Shown here: in pieces, positions 1-8,721 of the stretch | How positions within the stretch are numbered: position 1 is the first letter of the stretch | How the letters are laid out: every line of letters begins with the position of its first letter | IMG/VR virus record: IMGVR_UViG_3300033153_006243 | Span: 21,444-85,443 of that record | Source: a virus | Strand: one strand, 5' to 3' | Length of the DNA: 64,000 nucleotides | Notes under the pieces: generated by a model | What the model was told of the DNA's origin: nothing | Databases searched by the model: none | The model's input: the letters and a program-made list of their open reading frames with translations, nothing else | Program-made: the position numbers and the translations under genes

Positions 1-521
1 GTTAGAAAAACGAAACCGATCTGCTTTTGGGCTAAAAAATAGGAAGGATATACTTTTTGGTTAGAAACGAGGAATATATTGCTTTCGGGCTCAAAAGCAA
101 AAGTGATCTGCTTTTAGGCCGGGGACTAAGAGTATTCTCCTTTTGGACGGAGGATTAGAACTGATCTGCTTTTTGTCAAGAAGCCAGAAGCGATCTGTTT
201 TTGAGGCAAAAGGGAAAAGTAAAATGTTTTTGAGGCAAAAGGGAAAAGTAAAATGTTTTTGAGGCAAAAGGGAAAAGTAAAATGTTTTTGGCCAGAAAAG
301 TAGAATTGATCTGTTTTTAGGTAAAGTGGCAAAAATGATTTATTTTGGGCCGAAAAGAGGAAACTATTCGTTTTTGGGTAAGAAGGTAAAAATGATCCAC
401 TTTTGGGTAGGAAACGGAAAATGATCCGCCTTTTGAGGGAAAGACGAAACCGATCCACTTTTGGGCTGGAGAACAAAAGCGATCTATTTTTAAGGAAGAA
501 ACCAAAAACGATATATTCCTT
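1..521. repeat. Degenerate 29-bp tandem array (about 18 units, probably continuing upstream of the window)
   Basis: GATC in register at 18,105,163,192,308,394,423,452,481 (multiples of 29 with one 28-bp unit); three identical units at 204-290; core resembles AAAA-N1-2-GATC-N2-3-TTTT. Confidence 0.92.
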
Positions 522-604
522 TGTGAGCTATTTCGATAAACCGCTCTAACGGTAGCGTAAGGGGGGTTTTTGGGATGAAAAGTATCAAGTTTTAGGAGAG
601 GGGC

Positions 605-3064
605 ATGATAACGCTCCATCTCGGCGACTGCCTGGAAGTATTAGGGACGCTGGAGGAGAATAGCGTGGATACGGTGATTACCGATCCCCCGTATGAACTT
701 GGCTTCATGGGGAAGAAATGGGATGGTACGGGAGTCTCCTTCCAGAAAGAGACGTGGAAGGCGGTGCTTAGGGTAGCGAAACCGGGGGCGACGATGCTGT
801 GCTTTGGGGGAACGAGGACATGGCATCGGCTGGCTTGTGCGGCAGAGGACGCGGGATGGCAAATAAGGGATACATGCATGTTTTTGTACGGATCTGGATT
901 TCCAAAATCTTTATCAATATCGAAGCAACTGGATAAGCAGGAGCGGGATAAGTGGTTGAAAGTAGAGAAGGCAACTTACGATATCAACAAACATACTGTA
1001 ATGGTAGCATGGAAAGAGAACTCAAGAACTGCGAAGTCTGCGGGGCTACTATTCGCAAAGAATGGAATCGGAACTGGAATGAATACGCCAAAAAGCGATT
1101 TTGTTCTAGGAAATGCAATGCTATCAATCAATCCCAAAAAATCAAGTGTAAATGCGATCATTGCGGAACTATCTTTGAACGTTCCCCATCACATCTACGA
1201 CAAAAGAAATGGGTATTCTGTTCCAGAGAATGTAGACATAAGCACCTATCGGTCGAAGCCATCTGCGGAATTTGTGGTAAGCAAGCAACCGTGCCTAGAA
1301 GTAGGGCCAGCGGAAAGTATTATTGTTCCCGTCAATGTATGGGGTTGGCAAAGCGGAAATACAATGGGCAATCTCAAGGCCGTCGAAGCCCTGAGGATTT
1401 GGCTTGGAAGCAAAAAGTCCTCAAGGACGCAAACTATAAATGTGCTATGTGCGGCATTGACCGACGACTTGAAGCACATCATATTAAGTCAATCAAAGAC
1501 TTTCCAAACCTTCGACACGATCCAACAAATGGAATGTGTGTCTGCCATGAATGTCATTATTACGGAATCCACGGCGGAGCACCTAATTTCATTCATGGTC
1601 GATATGCTAAGAAGTAAAGCTATTGATAAGGCGAAAGGAGCGAAAAGGAAAGTGGTAGGTAAATCCCGCTCAATAGATTGTATCGAGCGTGGGTATACCA
1701 AAGAGTACAGTACGAAGGCGGAAAATAGTGGTTACGGAACATCTCGCCAATTTGGGCTTGGCCTCCCCATCACCGCCCCCGCGACCGATCTCGCCAAGCA
1801 ATGGAATGGATGGGGTAGTTCCCTTAAGCCCGCATGGGAACCTATACTTGTATGCATGAAACCATTAGACGGGACATACGCGGAAAATGCAGAAAAGCAT
1901 GGTGTGGCTGGATTGAATATCGATGGGGGAAGGATAGAGATACAAGGTAATCCATATAAGCAGGGGTTTAGAAAGGGAATCTATGTTGATAATTACGAAG
2001 CGACCTCTTGGAGGCTACGGAAGAATGGAATCCCGCATACAAAGCTCCCGCACACTCAAGGCCGCTGGCCCGCGAATCTGATACTCTCCCATTCCCTCGA
2101 ATGCCGCCAAGTCGGGGAACAATGGGAATGTGCTGAGGGCTGCCCGGTGAGGATGCTAGACGAGCAGAGCGGGGAGCTGGATGGAAGAGGGAATAAGGGG
2201 CCTAGTATATCAAGGGCGGATGTATATGGATTCACTTTTGTTCATAGCTGCGGAGGGGAATTCTCTCGTGGCGATTCGGGCGGAGCATCTCGATTCTTCT
2301 ACTGTGCGAAGGCGTCGAGGAAGGAACGGAATATGGGGCTTAACAGCATACATACGATAAAGTATAATGTAGGCAAGTCAACTTTAGGGGGCTTGTTATG
2401 CAAAGACGTAAGTATGGTACTGGTAGCATTTCTCGAAAAGGCTACATCAGGATCAATGGTCAGATGGCTCATCGACGAGTCTGGCGAAAGCATCATGGGC
2501 CTGTGCCCGTCGGATTCTTTATCCACCACATTGATGGGGATAAGCAAAATAACCGAATCGAAAATCTCAGACTTATTGATGCCCTTACTCACAAAAGACT
2601 GCATACCGGATGTGAATTGCGGAACGGGGAATGGTGGAAGCCCTGCCGCAAGTGTGGAGAGTTCAAGCAAGTCTCAACGGACTATTATAAGCGAAAGCCA
2701 AGCGGGATTAGTCCGTGGTGTAAAAGCTGTTGCGTTGCCAATGCTGTCTATAATAAGCGACGCCGCAAACTGGAAGCCGCTAACCAATACACATAGTACA
2801 GTAAAGCCTCTTGCCCTCCTAGATTACCTCTGTAAGCTGACTAAGACGCCTACGGGGGGAATCGTTCTCGACCCGTTTATGGGTAGCGGGACTACGGGGA
2901 TAGCGGCGATCAGGATGGGTAGGAAATTCATAGGTATCGAGAAGGATAAGGAGTCGTTTGAGATAGCGAAGATGAGGATAGAGGCGGCGAAACCGGAGGC
3001 GGAGGCGATTAGGTTGGGGATAAAGCCGGAGAATCACCTGCCGGGGATTAAGCCGCTGTTCTGA
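605..3064 (+). CDS. DNA methyltransferase (N6A/N4C, beta class) carrying two in-frame insertions
   Basis: GDCLE start, DPPY, YGSGFPKS, LKPAWEPI, GRWPANLI, SRFFYCAKAS, STVKP and DPFMGSGTT motifs; RBS AGGAG upstream. Confidence 0.95.
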   Translation: MITLHLGDCLEVLGTLEENSVDTVITDPPYELGFMGKKWDGTGVSFQKETWKAVLRVAKPGATMLCFGGTRTWHRLACAAEDAGWQIRDTCMFLYGSGFPKSLSISKQLDKQERDKWLKVEKATYDINKHTVMVAWKENSRTAKSAGLLFAKNGIGTGMNTPKSDFVLGNAMLSINPKKSSVNAIIAELSLNVPHHIYDKRNGYSVPENVDISTYRSKPSAEFVVSKQPCLEVGPAESIIVPVNVWGWQSGNTMGNLKAVEALRIWLGSKKSSRTQTINVLCAALTDDLKHIILSQSKTFQTFDTIQQMECVSAMNVIITESTAEHLISFMVDMLRSKAIDKAKGAKRKVVGKSRSIDCIERGYTKEYSTKAENSGYGTSRQFGLGLPITAPATDLAKQWNGWGSSLKPAWEPILVCMKPLDGTYAENAEKHGVAGLNIDGGRIEIQGNPYKQGFRKGIYVDNYEATSWRLRKNGIPHTKLPHTQGRWPANLILSHSLECRQVGEQWECAEGCPVRMLDEQSGELDGRGNKGPSISRADVYGFTFVHSCGGEFSRGDSGGASRFFYCAKASRKERNMGLNSIHTIKYNVGKSTLGGLLCKDVSMVLVAFLEKATSGSMVRWLIDESGESIMGLCPSDSLSTTLMGISKITESKISDLLMPLLTKDCIPDVNCGTGNGGSPAASVESSSKSQRTIISESQAGLVRGVKAVALPMLSIISDAANWKPLTNTHSTVKPLALLDYLCKLTKTPTGGIVLDPFMGSGTTGIAAIRMGRKFIGIEKDKESFEIAKMRIEAAKPEAEAIRLGIKPENHLPGIKPLF
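920..1612 (+). mobile_element. 693-bp in-frame insertion 1 in the methyltransferase, carrying a nested HNH gene
   Basis: Interrupts the family motif FPKSLxISKAIDK; SKQLDK on the left, SKAIDK on the right; looks AT-richer than flanks; boundaries approximate. Confidence 0.8.
952..1617 (+). CDS. Nested HNH endonuclease with three CxxC..CSxxC zinc fingers (likely start ATG 1009)
   Basis: CEVC..FCSRKC, CDHC..FCSREC, CGIC..YCSRQC, then CAMCG..LEAHHIK..NGMCVCHECH; -1 frame relative to the methyltransferase. Confidence 0.92.
   Translation: MVESREGNLRYQQTYCNGSMERELKNCEVCGATIRKEWNRNWNEYAKKRFCSRKCNAINQSQKIKCKCDHCGTIFERSPSHLRQKKWVFCSRECRHKHLSVEAICGICGKQATVPRSRASGKYYCSRQCMGLAKRKYNGQSQGRRSPEDLAWKQKVLKDANYKCAMCGIDRRLEAHHIKSIKDFPNLRHDPTNGMCVCHECHYYGIHGGAPNFIHGRYAKK
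2340..2368 (+). promoter_or_regulatory. Sigma70-like promoter inside the methyltransferase coding sequence, upstream of nested HNH 2
   Basis: TTAACA(2340-2345)-17 nt-TATAAT(2363-2368); AGGGGG RBS at 2386-2391; ATG at 2398. Confidence 0.75.
2341..2783 (+). mobile_element. About 440-bp in-frame insertion 2 in the methyltransferase, carrying a nested HNH gene
   Basis: Lies between ERNMGL and NTHSTVKP; the host-frame translation is not methyltransferase-like; boundaries approximate. Confidence 0.75.
2398..2796 (+). CDS. Nested HNH endonuclease (HNH_3-like) with C-terminal zinc finger
   Basis: GYIRI..AHRRVW..HHIDGDKQNNRIENLRL..HKRLH, then CRKC..CKSC; -1 frame relative to the methyltransferase. 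Confidence 0.92.
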   Translation: MQRRKYGTGSISRKGYIRINGQMAHRRVWRKHHGPVPVGFFIHHIDGDKQNNRIENLRLIDALTHKRLHTGCELRNGEWWKPCRKCGEFKQVSTDYYKRKPSGISPWCKSCCVANAVYNKRRRKLEAANQYT

Positions 3065-3076
3065 GGAAAACGAAGG

Positions 3077-3400
3077 ATGATTAAGGAATTCGAGGACGGA
3101 AGGGTGCAGATAGAGTTAGATACCGATAGGGATCCCTTCGGGTGGATATCGTGGAAGGGCACTGATGTATGTATGACTATCAAGTGTACTAAGTGCGGGT
3201 TCACGGGGCATGTGGATGCAGAGGGGGCCTATTTCGTCCGTTGCGCCGTATGTGGCCAGATGTATAGGGTACTTGGCTTCGTTATCCTTCAGGCCGTAGA
3301 TACCCTACCGGAATGGATGGGGGAGGATGGGGAACGGATAGCGGATTCTGGTATCGAAAAGGAGGAAATAGAGGAAGCAAAGCAAGACTATGAGAGGTGA
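3077..3400 (+). CDS. Hypothetical zinc-ribbon protein
   Basis: CTKC and CAVC pairs; RBS; tightly packed. Confidence 0.7.
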   Translation: MIKEFEDGRVQIELDTDRDPFGWISWKGTDVCMTIKCTKCGFTGHVDAEGAYFVRCAVCGQMYRVLGFVILQAVDTLPEWMGEDGERIADSGIEKEEIEEAKQDYER

Positions 3401-3746
3401 GGTGATGAGGAGAAGGTTTGCACTATATGTTATTATGGTACTCTTACTGGCATTGGGGGCGTGTGCAGAGAAGCGGGAAGAGAAAATTGACGGAATATAT
3501 AAGGGTTCAGTCTTTGTCGCCGGATATATGATGAACTACTTGAGTTCACAACCCGCACGATGCCATGTACTGGTTTTAATCGACGGTATAGAGAAAGTCT
3601 ATACGTTTTCCTACCAGTCGGCAGAGGTAGCATGGTTGAAGCTTAAGAACTGCCCCAATGGGACGCCTGTAACCGTGATCATGGTAGGCGATAAATTTCG
3701 CGGACTAGAATGGAGTAGAGGTGATTATTACGACGGTAAACGGTAA
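3390..3746 (+). CDS. Putative lipoprotein
   Basis: Basic N-terminus, hydrophobic stretch and LGAC lipobox. Confidence 0.6.
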   Translation: MRGEVMRRRFALYVIMVLLLALGACAEKREEKIDGIYKGSVFVAGYMMNYLSSQPARCHVLVLIDGIEKVYTFSYQSAEVAWLKLKNCPNGTPVTVIMVGDKFRGLEWSRGDYYDGKR

Positions 3747-3778
3747 GTTTCGCATTAGGAATAGAGGAAGGAAGAAGG

Positions 3779-4078
3779 ATGAAGGAAATAGGTAGGATAG
3801 AGATCTGTAGTATATCTAAGGGGGATGTAAGTAGGAAGTGTGAATGGATGGATAGGGGGGACTATAACAAACAAGATTATGTTAGATGTCTCAATCCCGC
3901 CGTCCGTGAGATTAGTACGGTACATATAAGCGATAGCGAGCAGGGAAAGGAACGTCCGGGCGGCGTATTTCGTATCGCCGTCTGCATGGAACATACGGAA
4001 GATGCGGTTATTGGCGGGCTTAACGCCCTACGTGGATGTTATCTACTACTGTCGGATGAGAAGGAGGAAGAGAAATGA
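3779..4078 (+). CDS. Hypothetical protein
   Basis: RBS; ATGA overlap with the next gene. Confidence 0.6.
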   Translation: MKEIGRIEICSISKGDVSRKCEWMDRGDYNKQDYVRCLNPAVREISTVHISDSEQGKERPGGVFRIAVCMEHTEDAVIGGLNALRGCYLLLSDEKEEEK

Positions 4079-4341
4079 ACGGGATGGATAGGAGTATGAT
4101 AATGGAGACGTATAAGTTTGGTAGGACCCCTATCGAGATATGGAGGCATTGTGATACGGGGGAGGAGATCCGGCTAGAGCCAAAGAGGGATAAGATTGAC
4201 TACTGGGGGATGAGTTTCGCCGCGGAGGTGAAGTATTGGGAGGCGAAGGAGGAGGAGTATAGCCTAATCGGGCTAGGGACGAGCCAAAGACTGGCTATCG
4301 AGGACCTACGGAGAAAGATAGAGAAGGAGAACGCCGCTTAG
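4075..4341 (+). CDS. Hypothetical protein
   Basis: AAGGAGG RBS; coupled to the previous gene. Confidence 0.6.
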   Translation: MNGMDRSMIMETYKFGRTPIEIWRHCDTGEEIRLEPKRDKIDYWGMSFAAEVKYWEAKEEEYSLIGLGTSQRLAIEDLRRKIEKENAA

Positions 4342-4367
4342 GAACGTAGAGAGAGGAGGACGGGGGA

Positions 4368-4727
4368 ATGAAGACAAACATCCTATGCAAGGAGATTAGG
4401 CAGGTGGCCACGGGATTCATCGTAGAGGCGCAATGGCCTACTGGAGGGGAGCCGGGCGGATACGGAGAGGTGATCTGTAAGGATATGGAGGAGGTTATCC
4501 GCGTACTGAAGGACTGCCAATGTGTAGATGTAGATGAGGAAATCGTGAACGAAGAACCTGAAGAACGAACAACTAGCGAACTCCTACGTAAATTGGAAAC
4601 CACGATGTTATTGTGGAGGGGGCCGTATGATCATAGGGATTTCGAGGAAGTGATACGTAGGATTGTAGCGCTCTTGCGGCGGCTATATGATAAGAGATGC
4701 TGTGTAAAGGCTGCGGAACGGAGATGA
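4368..4727 (+). CDS. Hypothetical protein
   Basis: GAGGAGG RBS. Confidence 0.6.
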   Translation: MKTNILCKEIRQVATGFIVEAQWPTGGEPGGYGEVICKDMEEVIRVLKDCQCVDVDEEIVNEEPEERTTSELLRKLETTMLLWRGPYDHRDFEEVIRRIVALLRRLYDKRCCVKAAERR

Positions 4728-4897
4728 AGGAGAGGGAACCGAACATTGGGGCGGGAATCCTAGGGAGCCTATTGGAGATATTCGATTGTCCCAAATGCAG
4801 TATGGGATACGCCGGTGGTGCGTGGTGCTATAGCGATAAGAGGGAAGAGGAGATAAGAAGGGAACTGGAACGGAACAATGAGGATACAAAAGAATGA
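4697..4897 (+). CDS. Small zinc-ribbon protein
   Basis: CKGC..CPKC. Confidence 0.5.
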   Translation: MLCKGCGTEMKEREPNIGAGILGSLLEIFDCPKCSMGYAGGAWCYSDKREEEIRRELERNNEDTKE

Positions 4898-4987
4898 ATA
4901 CGCTACCTAACATTCCCAAGCTACCCCACATTACACTATAGTGCAATACATAGTAGCTCTATAGCATAGAATACGAAAAGGAATATC

Positions 4988-5776
4988 ATGGCAAAGAAGA
5001 AGAAACCAAATAGAACACCAAAACCGTCCCCGTCAAAGGCACTGGCGAAAGGAGGAAAGACAGGGAAAGGAACATGGAAGAAATTGGATAAGGAAAGCGG
5101 GGAAAGAGGTATAGAGTTCCCTACGGCTAATAGGGCGGAAACCCCTAGTATACTTGGGTTTGAGGTGCCAAGGGAAAGGGCGCAGAGCTATTCAAGACAG
5201 AAAGGGGATATGGTAGAGGAGATGCTTAGGAAAGGAGCACCGGATATAGTAGCAGCAGCTTCGGTAGGATGGACTATGGATACTGTATTCGCACATATGA
5301 AGGCCCGCCCTGACTTCCGCCTGCGTCTCAAGAAAGCCGTGATCGACTCAATCATGGAGATGGTAGGGAATATCAGGCGCGCAGCGGGGGAAACGAGGGC
5401 ATGGACTGCCGGGGGCTGGTGGTTGGAGCGGTCTCTCCCGGAACTGTTCTCTCTACGCCGTGAGGCGCATGTGAAACATGAGCACGTGGTCAAGGTAGTC
5501 TCCAATCTCCCTAGACCCTCCAGGGCGCAGCAGGATGCCCTACAGGCGAAGATAGTGGATGCGGAGTACGAAGTTAAGGATAAGGGCCGTATAGAGGATT
5601 CTAGGCTCCCTACGGAGGATACCGGCGAGAACCTCGATGCATTAGTGTACAAAAATGTACATAAAGAGGGAGAGACATCTGACGATACAACGCCCGACGC
5701 GACAATGTCCAAAAATGTACATAGGGGGAAGGCCAAGGTAAGGGAGGGGGTAGGGCCTGCGGATGATTGGCCATGA
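4988..5776 (+). CDS. Probable terminase small subunit
   Basis: HTH-like segment (AAASVGWTMDTV) followed by WTAGGWWLERSLPE, the W-x-AAxWxLER pattern seen in phage TerS-like proteins. Confidence 0.65.
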   Translation: MAKKKKPNRTPKPSPSKALAKGGKTGKGTWKKLDKESGERGIEFPTANRAETPSILGFEVPRERAQSYSRQKGDMVEEMLRKGAPDIVAAASVGWTMDTVFAHMKARPDFRLRLKKAVIDSIMEMVGNIRRAAGETRAWTAGGWWLERSLPELFSLRREAHVKHEHVVKVVSNLPRPSRAQQDALQAKIVDAEYEVKDKGRIEDSRLPTEDTGENLDALVYKNVHKEGETSDDTTPDATMSKNVHRGKAKVREGVGPADDWP

Positions 5777-6604
5777 GGGGGGAATAGAGGCGATGAAGCG
5801 AGGGAGCCTATCCATCTGTCCCCGATGCGGTACTAGAATGAATCGGAAGTCCCGTTTTATTCCCCTAATGGCGGGGGAGGGGAGGCTGGAACTAGGGATA
5901 CAGGTGTATATTACTGCACGGAACAGCATAGAGAGAGGATGGAATGGGCGTTAAGGGAGGAAATGAGAGGACGAATATAGGGATGATCCGGGGGGTGTAC
6001 CAGGACTCCTTGGGAATCCTTTTCCCCCCAGTCCCAAACTCCACTAAGGTATTGATACATAAGGACTTATAATTTTAGTAAAAGGTTAGTAAATGACTAC
6101 TATATTGCTTAGTACGGAGAGGTTCATTCGGGGGATAAAAAGGGTAGAGAGGACGATAGAGAAACAGAGGCGGCTGGGAAGGATGGATATGGGCCATAGG
6201 AAGCATAGGAGACATGGAATAGGGACGACGAGGGGAACCGAAGGGATGTATAAGACCGATAGACCCCCCCTCCCTTTGGGGAAAAAACAAAATAGGGAGT
6301 ATATGGGGCTAGGGTACGCCAGTAACAAATCCTGGCCGATTCTAGACGTTTTTAGTATCACTATTGAACCTAAGTAAGGAGGGGGGTTATGGACAAAGAC
6401 TATCGTACCCCCGGCTGGCCCGATATCGTTATCGAGGCCGGTAAGATAACGCAGGTAGTTAGGGGGGGCTATGTTCATCAAACGTTCCATGATTGTACGA
6501 TTCGCATAAGAGGAACTTGGCTTCGGAGCATGAAACAAGAGGTAGCTAGAGGTAGAGGGTAGAAATAGCGGATAGTTCAAAATTGGACATGGGGGATAGA
6601 TGGA

Positions 6605-6832
6605 ATGGTAAAGTTCATTTTTAGTCCGGGGGCTGACGACTACGGGAACATTCAAGCGTTAGAGGGCTGGCTTCAGAACGCAGGGATCGTCTTCGGGAAG
6701 GAGTCCGTGTATTTCTACGGCGAGGGGGCTAGGGTAACGCTGACAGTGGATTCCACCGGGGCACAGGAATCGACAGCGGTAGATATCGCAAAGCGGCTGA
6801 ATGTATCCGATTGCCGTACAGAGAAGGATTAG
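6605..6832 (+). CDS. Hypothetical protein
   Basis: First plausible ORF after the noncoding region. Confidence 0.5.
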   Translation: MVKFIFSPGADDYGNIQALEGWLQNAGIVFGKESVYFYGEGARVTLTVDSTGAQESTAVDIAKRLNVSDCRTEKD

Positions 6833-6981
6833 TATTCTTAGTTTAGTTACGGATGAATCCTTATGCGCATATATAGGAATACGGATACCCGGAAATCGAG
6901 GAGAAAGAGGTCCCGTGGGCGGGGGTTCCATCCATCTAGGTGCGCAAGGCCGAAGAGGCGCGGGAGTAGGGGGGTGAAGAG

Positions 6982-7215
6982 ATGACGGCGCGGGGGCATG
7001 TTCGGGGCTGGCCGTGCGAATACAGGGGGGATAGGTGGGTATATACGGATAATGGGCAGCCGATTGATGGGCGTCGAGCATGTTCCCGGTGTGGTAGGAG
7101 GCCGACTGAGGAGGGGTATGATGCCTGTTTAGGGTTCATTCCGAGAGCTGTATCGGCCTGTTGCGGACATGGCGTCGAGAAGGGGTATACGATTAAGAAG
7201 GAGGCGAAAAGATGA
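6982..7215 (+). CDS. Cys-rich phage protein
   Basis: CSRC..DACLG..ACCGHG. Confidence 0.7.
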   Translation: MTARGHVRGWPCEYRGDRWVYTDNGQPIDGRRACSRCGRRPTEEGYDACLGFIPRAVSACCGHGVEKGYTIKKEAKR

Positions 7216-7664
7216 CAGGTGAATCCGCCGAAATCCATGCGCTTACTGAGGAGGTCCATGGGGCAAAAGGTGCGGAGTTTACATCTAGGGGGAGGCCGAC
7301 CGCGGAAGCGTCTGCGGAACTATTCGCCGCGATGGAGAGGGAAGGCCGGGAGCAAAGGGTGGAGACAGAGAAATGGAATCCCGGATTGGGGGCCGAAGCG
7401 GAGGAAGAGATATTTAGGGAGGATGCGATTCGGAGGGTGGAAGCGGGGAAGGCGGAACGGCGGACGAAAAGGAGACAGAGGGAAATTGGCCGGAAACTCA
7501 AGGGCATAGCGAACGAGTTTGCAGAAGCAATTAACAGGGAGCGGAAACTTGGCTACCCTGTAGTCTATACATTCAAGGGAAGGCTACTTGCGGATGCCAA
7601 GAGGGAGTGTAAGGAGCTTCTGGAGGAGCAAAGGGAGATAGAGGGTGCTAGCAGACTTTATTGA
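7212..7664 (+). CDS. Hypothetical protein
   Basis: ATGA coupling; GGAGG RBS. Confidence 0.6.
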   Translation: MTGESAEIHALTEEVHGAKGAEFTSRGRPTAEASAELFAAMEREGREQRVETEKWNPGLGAEAEEEIFREDAIRRVEAGKAERRTKRRQREIGRKLKGIANEFAEAINRERKLGYPVVYTFKGRLLADAKRECKELLEEQREIEGASRLY

Positions 7665-7830
7665 GGAGGAATACATTATTTATGATGAGACTAAGACATT
7701 TGCAGGGGCCTATAGGCGATTAGGGGACGCTCTTCGGGAGTTCGGGGGGCTAATTTATCGGCATAACCTAAAGTGGCTAGAGCGTCCGGTTGCTTGGCTG
7801 AACCGGAAACTCGAAAGGATCATGAGATGA
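7645..7830 (+). CDS. Hypothetical protein
   Basis: Fills the operon; coupled to the next ATG. Confidence 0.5.
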   Translation: MLADFIEEEYIIYDETKTFAGAYRRLGDALREFGGLIYRHNLKWLERPVAWLNRKLERIMR

Positions 7831-8033
7831 AGAATCTTTGGTTCCCTATACTGAACGTCGTAGGTGGCTTAGTAATGGTAGCGGCCATTATCCTTCCGCT
7901 CGTTAACGCTATGATTAACGGCGGAGCCTTGAACTGGTGGGTATTCGCTTGCGTAGCGGCGGGGATGGGGATGAACACATTTCTTTGGGTGACGATAATG
8001 ATAGCGATTTTTATGATGGCGATTAAGCATTAG
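7827..8033 (+). CDS. Small two-TM membrane protein
   Basis: Two hydrophobic helices from ATG 7827. Confidence 0.6.
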   Translation: MKNLWFPILNVVGGLVMVAAIILPLVNAMINGGALNWWVFACVAAGMGMNTFLWVTIMIAIFMMAIKH

Positions 8034-8047
8034 TAGGAGAAGAACGG

Positions 8048-8278
8048 ATGGAACACAGGGAGTTCTTCGACCCGATCATCGATTGGATTCTTAGGACAAT
8101 GGAGTTAGCCGATCCAGCGATGGATAGGATAGCTAAAATGGCGGACAAGGTTTTCGGTGGGGTGCTCTTTACGGTTCTGATTGCGTCTATATTCGTGATC
8201 TACTTTTGTATAGTAGTTCCGATACATCTATTTATTGGCGTCCTTATTAGGTTTGGGGGGTTAAGGCGGCGGAAATGA
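8048..8278 (+). CDS. Small membrane protein
   Basis: AGGAG RBS; hydrophobic C-terminal half. Confidence 0.6.
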   Translation: MEHREFFDPIIDWILRTMELADPAMDRIAKMADKVFGGVLFTVLIASIFVIYFCIVVPIHLFIGVLIRFGGLRRRK

Positions 8279-8463
8279 TCTGGCCAGAGGATAGAGAAGA
8301 AACTAGGAAATATATTAACTCCCTGCGGATTGAAAATGAGCGGTTAAGACTAAGGCTTGAATCTCTTACCAAGTGGGCATACAAAAAGGCTCGACCGGGT
8401 CTGTGGCTATCGTTTGCGCTAGGAAGGTTTATCGGAAGAAGGGAGAGGCGAAGAGGTGGATGA
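8275..8463 (+). CDS. Hypothetical protein
   Basis: ATGA coupling. Confidence 0.5.
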   Translation: MIWPEDREETRKYINSLRIENERLRLRLESLTKWAYKKARPGLWLSFALGRFIGRRERRRGG

Positions 8464-8505
8464 GAAGCATTATTGGTATTTCGTAGTAGATAGGGGAGAA
8501 GGATA

Positions 8506-8721
8506 ATGGATGGAGTGACTGAACAGGATCTGATGATCTCGGTGAGCTTCCTTATGGGAATGGTATTCTCCGGCATTTTCCATTGGCTTATCTTTGGGAT
8601 CGCTCTTTGGGGGGTTACGAGATTTTTCAGAGGCAGGATTAACGACATGAAAAGACAGCTTACGGTGAGAGGAAGTATAGATGCTCAAGAAGAAGATATT
8701 CACGGAGGACGGGGAGTTTGA
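8506..8721 (+). CDS. Small membrane protein
   Basis: RBS; one TM helix. Confidence 0.55.
   Translation: MDGVTEQDLMISVSFLMGMVFSGIFHWLIFGIALWGVTRFFRGRINDMKRQLTVRGSIDAQEEDIHGGRGV

Noticed and set aside
1-521. CRISPR array, or the minus-strand ORFs 126-476 and 317-619
   Set aside because: No invariant repeat with unique spacers, units too short, no cas genes; the ORFs are by-products of a 29-bp repeat
920-2783. Inteins or group I/II introns in the methyltransferase
   Set aside because: No intein N-terminal block or His-Asn end, the nucleases are out of frame, and almost no noncoding room exists for a ribozyme core
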